This document shows, in pieces, positions 52,801 through 61,800 of a DNA stretch of 64,000 bases. This stretch comes from Perna viridis (lineage: Eukaryota). The notes under the pieces were generated by a model, which was not told where the DNA came from, did no database searches, and saw only the letters and a list, made by a program, of their open reading frames with translations. The first letter of the stretch is position 1. The number at the start of each line of letters is the position of its first letter. The DNA is taken from assembly GCA_037379345.1 (NCBI GenBank), contig CM074514.1, positions 21,142,001 to 21,206,000 of the forward strand. Direction: 5' to 3'. A program made the translations under genes and the position numbers.

Positions 52801-55800
52801 ATGAATGAACTTTTTATAAGATTTGTTCTCAGCACTAACATACTGTTTTATTTATAAATATATTGGCAAGAACCACAAAACTTGAAATTATAATTATGAA
52901 TAACTTTATTCTCCAAAGAGTACTGTAACAATCATTGTATAAATTACAGGGTGTGAATATCTTGGCAGCACCTGATGATATCCAGGTTTTGTTAGATGAC
53001 CACATTGTAAAGGCCCAGACCATGAGGGGATCTCCATTTATCAAACCATTCGAGATTGAGATGAAGGAATGGGAAGAGAAACTTGTCATGATGCAGGATA
53101 TTCTTGATGAATGGCTCAAGGTAAATGTTACCTAATCAGATATTATTATGTATGTTATAGCAAAATATCTTGATAATTGATAAAATAAAACAATTCACTA
53201 TTGTACTGTTTATTGCCTTATTGTTAGGAGGTGGAAACTGTACTGCAATTGTCATGTTGAGTTATGAAACTGATAATAATTAGTCTGGAAGTTTCTATTC
53301 TTCAATATATAGAGATTGATGCTGATTAAGGTGGTTTTGATAATATTGTTATGGAAGGGTGATTAATGCTATATTCTTATTTAATAATATCCAATTTTGT
53401 TTTTCAGTGCCAAGCTACATGGTTGTATTTGGAGCCTATTTTCAGCTCAGAAGATATTTTGGCCCAGATGCCTGAAGAGGGTCGTAAGTTTGGTATTGTA
53501 GACAGTGTGTGGAGAGACATTATGACAGAGTCTGTTAAAGATCCTAACTGTTTAGTAGCTACCTCACAAAACAACATGTTAGGACGTCTAAGAGATGCCA
53601 ACAATCTACTGGAAGAAATTCAGAAGGGATTGAATGCCTACCTTGAGAAAAAGAGATTGTACTTTGCCAGGTAGACACCTATATGCGTATTTCATATGCT
53701 TAAAAGTCAAATATTGTGTGCTCTAATTTGAACCCTCTTTTTATACTATTCATGTATTAAGTATCATTCACTGTTTAATGCTTGAATGTCTTATTGTCAT
53801 AATTAAGTAAATTTTCAGATCATATTTTGATATTTTATTCTTCTGAAGTTTTACATGTAGAATTCCTATTTATTTGATAACTTTACCCAACTTGTTAGAT
53901 ATTTTGATAAATATGAGTCATTCTTTTTGTAGATTTTTCTTCTTGTCTAATGATGAGTTGTTGGAAATTCTATCAGAAACCAAAGATCCACTTCGTGTGC
54001 AGCCCCATCTAAAGAAATGTTTTGAAGGTATTGCCAAACTGGAGTTCACAGAAAACCAAGAGATTGTAGGCATGATTTCTGCTGAAAAGGAAACTGTACC
54101 ATATTCCACAAAGATTGTACCAGCAAAAGCCAATGTAAGTAATGCATGTAGAAATATGTTATTGTCATAAACTTGAAGGTAAAATTCATGTATCTTATAT
54201 TGAAGAATAGCTTAAACTTTGTTTTTTTCCCTTTAATTATTGTCTCTTGTTTTCTGTAAGTTTTGACAAACAATTGATTATGTTTCATTTTTTAACCTGT
54301 AGTGAATGACATGAAAATTAATTTCTAAAATTTAATCAATAAAATAGTGTAAGCTCTTAAAAGAATCAGTAGTTGAAATTCAGTAATTATAATTTAATGA
54401 ATCTGTAGGGTATGGTAGAGAAATGGTTATTATAATTTAATGAATCTGTAGGGTATGGTAGAGAAATGGTTATTATAATTTAATGAATCTGTAGGGTATG
54501 GTAGAGAAATGGTTATTATAATTTAATGAATCTGTAGGGTATGGTAGAGAAATGGTTATTATAATTTAATGAATCTGTAGGGTATGGTAGAGAAATGGTT
54601 ATTATAATTTAATGAATCTGTAGGGTATGGTAGAGAAATGGTTATTATAATTTAATGAATCTGTAGGGTATGGTAGAGAAATGGTTATTATAATTTAATG
54701 AATCTGTAGGGTATGGTAGAGAAATGGTTATTATAATTTAATGAATCTGTAGGGTATGGTAGAGAAATGGTTATTATAATTTAATGAATCTGTAGGGTAT
54801 GGTAGAGAAATGGTTATTATAATTTAATGAATCTGTAGGGTATGGTAGAGAAATGGTTATTATAATTTAATGAATCTGTAGGGTATGGTAGAGAAATGGT
54901 TATTATAATTTAATGAATCTGTAGGGTATGGTAGAGAAATGGTTATTATAATTTAATGAATCTGTAGGGTATGGTAGAGAAATGGTTATTATAATTTAAT
55001 GAATCTGTAGGGTATGGTAGAGAAATGGTTATTATAATTTAATGAATCTGTAGGGTATGGTAGAGAAATGGTTATTATAATTGAATGAATCTGTAGGGTA
55101 TGGTAGAGAAATGGTTATTATAATTGAATGAATCTGTAGGGTATGGTAGAGAAATGGTTATTATAATTGAATGAATCTGTAGGGTATGGTAGAGAAATGG
55201 TTATTATAATTGAATGAATCTGTAGGGTATGGTAGAGAAATGGTTATTATAATTTAATGAATCTGTAGGGTATGGTAGAGAAATGGTTATTATAATTGAA
55301 TGAATCTGTAGGGTATGGTAGAGAAATGGTTATTATAATTGAATGAATCTGTAGGGTATGGTAGAGAAATGGTTATTATAATTGAATGAATCTGTAGGGT
55401 ATGGTAGAGAAATGGTTATTATAATTTAATGAATCTGTAGGGTATGGTAGAGAAATGGTTATTATAATTGAATGAATCTGTAGGGTATGGTAGAGAAATG
55501 GTTATTATAATTGAATGAATCTGTAGGGTATGGTAGAGAAATGGTTATTATAATTTAATGAATCTGTAGGGTATGGTAGAGAAATGGTTATTATAATTGA
55601 ATGAATCTGTAGGGTATGGTAGAGAAATGGTTATTATAATTGAATGAATCTGTAGGGTATGGTAGAGAAATGGTTATTATAATTGAATGAATCTGTAGGG
55701 TATGGTAGAGAAATGGTTATTATAATTGAATGAATCTGTAGGGTATGGTAGAGAAATGGTTATTATAATTGAATGAATCTGTAGGGTATGGTAGAGAAAT

Positions 55801-58800
55801 GGTTATTATAATTGAATGAATCTGTAGGGTATGGTAGAGAAATGGTTATTATAATTGAATGAATCTGTAGGGTATGGTAGAGAAATGGTTATTATAATTT
55901 AATGAATCTGTAGGGTATGGTAGAGAAATGGTTATTATAATTGAATGAATCTGTAGGGTATGGTAGAGAAATGGTTATTATAATTTAATGAATCTGTAGG
56001 GTATGGTAGAGAAATGGTTATTATAATTTAATGAATCTGTAGGGTATGGTAGAGAAATGGTTATTATAATTTAATGAATCTGTAGGGTATGGTAGAGAAA
56101 TGGTTATTATAATTTAATGAATCTGTAGGGTATGGTAGAGAAATGGTTATTATAATTTAATGAATCTGTAGGGTATGGTAGAGAAATGGTTATTATAATT
56201 GAATGAATCTGTAGGGTATGGTAGAGAAATGGTTATTATAATTGAATGAATCTGTAGGGTATGGTAGAGAAATGGTTATTATAATTGAATGAATCTGTAG
56301 GGTATGGTAGAGAAATGGTTATTATAATTGAATGAATCTGTAGGGTATGGTAGAGAAATGGTTATTATAATTGAATGAATCTGTAGGGTATGGTAGAGAA
56401 ATGGTTATTATAATTGAATGAATCTGTAGGGTATGGTAGAGAAATGGTTATTATAATTGAATGAATCTGTAGGGTATGGTAGAGAAATGGTTATTATAAT
56501 TGAATGAATCTGTAGGGTATGGTAGAGAAATGGTTATTATAATTGAATGAATCTGTAGGGTATGGTAGAGAAATGGTTATTATAATTGAATGAATCTGTA
56601 GGGTATGGTAGAGAAATGGTTATTATAATTGAATGAATCTGTAGGGTATGGTAGAGAAATGGTTATTATAATTGAATGAATCTGTAGGGTATGGTAGAGA
56701 AATGGTTATTATAATTGAATGAATCTGTAGGGTATGGTAGAGAAATGGTTATTATAATTGAATGAATCTGTAGGGTATGGTAGAGAAATGGTTATTATAA
56801 TTGAATGAATCTGTAGGGTATGGTAGAGAAATGGTTATTATAATTGAATGAATCTGTAGGGTATGGTAGAGAAATGGTTATTATAATTGAATGAATCTGT
56901 AGGGTATGGTAGAGAAATGGTTATTATAATTGAATGAATCTGTAGGGTATGGTAGAGAAATGGTTATTATAATTGAATGAATCTGTAGGGTATGGTAGAG
57001 AAATGGTTATTATAATTGAATGAATCTGTAGGGTATGGTAGAGAAATGGTTATTATAATTTAATGAATCTGTAGGGTATGGTAGAGAAATGGTTATTATA
57101 ATTGAATGAATCTGTAGGGTATGGTAGAGAAATGGTTATTATAATTGAATGAATCTGTAGGGTATGGTAGAGAAATGGTTATTATAATTGAATGAATCTG
57201 TAGGGTATGGTAGAGAAATGGTTATTATAATTGAATGAATCTGTAGGGTATGGTAGAGAAATGGTTATTATAATTGAATGAATCTGTAGGGTATGGTAGA
57301 GAAATGGTTATTATAATTGAATGAATCTGTAGGGTATGGTAGAGAAATGGTTATTATAATTTAATGAATCTGTAGGGTATGGTAGAGAAATGGTTATTAT
57401 AATTGAATGAATCTGTAGGGTATGGTAGAGAAATGGTTATTGCAAGTAGAAGACATAATGATCAGTAGTTTACGTAAAGTTATCATGGATTCAAATGCTG
57501 CATATGGTACAACACCTCGTAATCAATGGGTCATAGACTGGCCTGGACAAGTTGTCATTTGTGTAGGCTCCATATGGTGGACAACAGAGGTTACAGAGTC
57601 TATGCAAAGACCTAATGGAATGAAGGTAAGATAATTTTTGTTTCCTCTAGTTTTTATACCTGCTGCAAACAAAGTTTGAGGGTATATAGGAATCACCCTG
57701 TATGTCTGTCTGTCTGTCTTTACACATTCCTTGTAAGCACAAATCCCCCTAAACTACTCAAGGAATTTTGATGAAATTTCATAGGAAGGTTAAGTGCCAT
57801 GTGTAGTTGTGCATGATGGAACTTTAAAATTGTCGGCGTACTCAAAAGGGAGATAATCCAAGGTTTTACATATCAAAATCTCGTAAGCACAACCACTCCT
57901 AAACCGCTCTAGGGATTTTAATGAATTTTTATAGGAAGGTTTGACATCATATGTTGATGTGCATTAAGGAACAAAATTACTGCCAACGGACTCCAAAGGG
58001 AGGTAATCCATATTATTGGCTTTACATGTTTAATCCTTGTAAGCACAGCTCCTCCTAAACTGCTCAAGAAATTTTAATTTTATTTTATAAGAATGTTGGG
58101 TATCAGATGTAGATGTGCATGAAAGAATATAGTTGCTGTTTGATGATATCAAAGGGAGATAAATCAATATTAAAGGTTTTATATATTTGAGTCTATTCGA
58201 AGTTGAGGGTATATCTCTGTGATCTTCCTCATGGTATTTCTAGTTTGTTTTGGTAAGATAGATATCTCAGTCTTAATAAAGCAAGAAAAATATATATGCT
58301 CATCACAGTAAATTGCTTTTTTTCAAGTTTAATGTTTCTGAAGTCCATTGAAAACATTAATATGTATTGCTCTAAATGTGTTCATATTTTTTTAACAATC
58401 AAATTTTCTTGGCTGTGTTGAAGGACCTGAATAATAGTTCTTTTTAGAAATAATATGGCAGCCTATGTGCATTACAGGAATATCATCAGAAATGTAATGG
58501 TCAGATAGATCAGATTGTCAAGTTAGTAAGAGGAAAACTAGAACCAGGACACAGAATTACTCTTGGAGCATTAACTGTCATTGATGTACATGGTATGTAG
58601 CACCAACACACACTATTATAAACTTTGTAGTATACTTTGTAACTAACAGAATGATTGTAAAAAAAAACATGCAATTCCAGAAACATCAAAAGCACATTGT
58701 ATATTCATCAGAAATGAATTAAAGAAAGGAAACATCCCAATAATCAAAGTCAACATTGAGGATCTTAATAAATCATGTGCACATCTTATGGTAAGCAACT

Positions 58801-61800
58801 CTTGCATAATGGTTTTTATGTCATATCATCAGAAATAAGTGAAACGCTAATACAAGTTAGAATTGATGACAGTTAAATATATAAGATGAGACATTTCATA
58901 ATAATCTATCAGTTCTTTGTTGTTCATTAAAGACCCATGGGTGACCTTGAGTTGACATTTTTCATTCCAATGCGATTGTTGTCTCACATATTCAATTTCC
59001 TTATATCAGGTGATGTACACTGTGACTAATTATGGAGCATGGAGTATAAATAAAATTTAGATTATTTGTTTTTATGATTTTTTCAAGCTCGTGATGTTGT
59101 TGCTCAAATGGCAAAAGATGGAGTCAGCAGTCCATTTGATTTTGATTGGCTGTCACAGTTACGTTACTACTGGGAAGATGATGTAATTGTCAGAATGATC
59201 ACCACTGATATCAAATATGGTTATGAGTACCTGGGAAATTCAGGACGTCTTGTTATTACACCTCTTACTGACAGATGTTACAGGTGAACAACTTAATAGG
59301 AAATCAGATTTATATTAATGCAATCTTAAAATATAGCTAATGAAATGCGGATTTAAGTATCAGTGGCAATATAGACTCAGAATTGGTGCTGATCTTCGTT
59401 AAATATAAGCTTAATTATTCTCTAAAGGAGTGATCTCTCACCCATTTATTTATTTATTTTTTTAATAGAATTTAATAAAACATTTTATAACAACTGAAAA
59501 TATTTTTCTGAGGATAATAGTATGTGTATTGTATATTTCAGAACTTTAATGGGAGCTTTGAAGTTGTTCCTTGGTGGGGCTCCTGAAGGACCTGCTGGAA
59601 CTGGAAAGACTGAAACCTGTAAAGATTTAGCAAAAGCTGTCGCTAAACAGGTAATATACCTCTTATCCACCTGTCACCCTCCTTTTTTTTTTTCTTAATT
59701 TCCAATCAGAGGGATCTTGCAATTAGCTAAACCTAAACAGTAAATCTTAGTTGTTTCTATAGTTTATTATGAAATTTATACCTTCACAACAGATAAAAAA
59801 CAACTACCTTCTTATACAGTTAGCATTTTAAAGAATAACTAAATCATATTCTTTTTCCTTTATTACATTTATTTCATTTGGTTGATATGATAATACAAGC
59901 TAAAAAAAAAACAAATTTGTGCTAATATTTGCATATTTTCATTAATTGTACAATTACTACTATCAATATCTACATTTTTTCTTAGCATTTTAAATCTTGG
60001 TTTTGTTTCAGTGTGTTGTATTTAACTGCTCCGATGGTCTGGATTACAAAGCCATGGGTAAATTCTTCAAAGGTCTGGCACAGGCTGGTGCTTGGGCTTG
60101 TTTTGATGAGTTTAATCGTATAGAACTGGAAGTGTTATCTGTCGTAGCTCAACAGATTCTTAGTATCCAACAAGCTGTAGCAGCTGGACTGAAAAGATTT
60201 ATGTTTGAGGGTACAGAACTGACCCTTGACCCTGCATGTACCTGCTTTATTACTATGAATCCTGGATACGCTGGTAGACAAGAGTTACCTGACAACCTTA
60301 AGGTATAAATGCAGATTTAATCTAATTAAGTGTTGCTTTATAGAAGACACAAGTTTCATGTGAAACTTCATGTGAAACTTTTTTCAAAACTATTATTTGC
60401 TGATGACTTAAAATACCGTAGGAGATGAGCAATTAAATTGAGTGGATGTGTAATATGAAGATCTGCAAGTTAATTTTTTTTTTTTTTTTTCAGACAGTAT
60501 TATGTTAGATTTAAAATCTCATGTTATTGCTATGATACAGAAATATATTTGTTAATGTTAATGGCAATGTTGAATCTTAATTTATTATCAAAGTGATGAT
60601 TCATACAATAACGATAGTTTAAATTGTCTACATCAGAATAAATATGAATGACACAATTCTGACACTCTTAATTGTTTTTGATAATGATAATTTCTCTAAC
60701 AACCCTAAAAACATATTCTACATACCTCAGTTAAAGTATATATAGCTGTACATATATAATTATTATAGGTATTGTTTAGAACAGTAGCTATGATGGTACC
60801 AGATTATGGAATGATTGGTGAAATCTCCCTCTACTCTATGGGATTCGTTGATGCTAGAAGGTTAGGTCATTACAACATAAAACCAAGTATAAGGAATCTA
60901 CATATTTAAAAGACAAAAAATATGCATAATTATTAGTATAAGATAGATAAACATAGCTTTTTAAAAAAAGAACAGCAGTTCTTCTTGACTGAAATGTATT
61001 AGTTATATGCTATTGAATTAAAAACAATATTCAGTCGATCTATTTAACTGTTTGATGAACTCATTTCCAACCTTTTTTTCAGTCTGGCCAACAAGATTGT
61101 AGCTGTATACAAACTGTGTTCAGAACAGTTGTCATCCCAGCACCATTATGATTATGGTATGAGAGCCGTAAAGTCTGTATTGACTGCTGCTGGTAACCTT
61201 AAACTTAAACATTTAGAAGAAAAGGAACCAGTTTTACTTCTGAAAGCTATAATGGATGTCAATCTTCCTAAATTCTTGGCTCAAGATGTGCCTCTGTTTG
61301 AGGGTATTATTTCTGACTTGTTTCCTGGTGTTGAATGTCCTAAACCAGATTATGGTGTATTCATGGAAGCTCTGAAGGATAATACAATCAAGAGGAAGCT
61401 ACAGCCTCACCCATGGTTCTTAGATAAAATTATACAAGTATGTAAAAATAGAATTGATTGTGATACTGACAATATTATGTTGAATATCTTGATGACCGAG
61501 TGATAAATACTGATAATAAATTTATTACCAGTCATGTAGCTTATAGTACTACTATAGGAAGCAAATTTGTATTTTGTGTATGTTGTTATTGTATCAGTAA
61601 TGTTCCAGTTCTAGCATTCAAATTGTGCAAACTTATGTAAGGTAAAATGTTTAAAATTCATTTTTATTGAACAGGTATATGAAATGATATTGGTTAGACA
61701 TGGTTTGATGGTGGTAGGAGAACCACTAGGTGGTAAGACATGTGGTTGGCAGGTACTAGCTGATGCCCTGTCAGATTTACATGCCTCTGGTGCCTATCCA

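Noticed and set aside
54403-54420. Recursive (AG|GT ratchet) splicing or classic AGGT-duplication intron gain through the array
   Set aside because: The unit reads TAG-G-GTATGG, so the donor-like GT is offset by one base from the acceptor. Using it would add a G and shift the frame, so it is not a clean zero-length exon.
54386-57441. CRISPR array
   Set aside because: Head-to-tail identical units with no unique spacers, no cas genes, eukaryotic context; the unit derives from the host splice junction.
47162-59670. Minus-strand ORFs overlapping dynein exons (47162, 49775, 51191, 51894, 52835, 53404, 53918, 58510, 59485)
   Set aside because: Antisense shadows of the real + strand exons.
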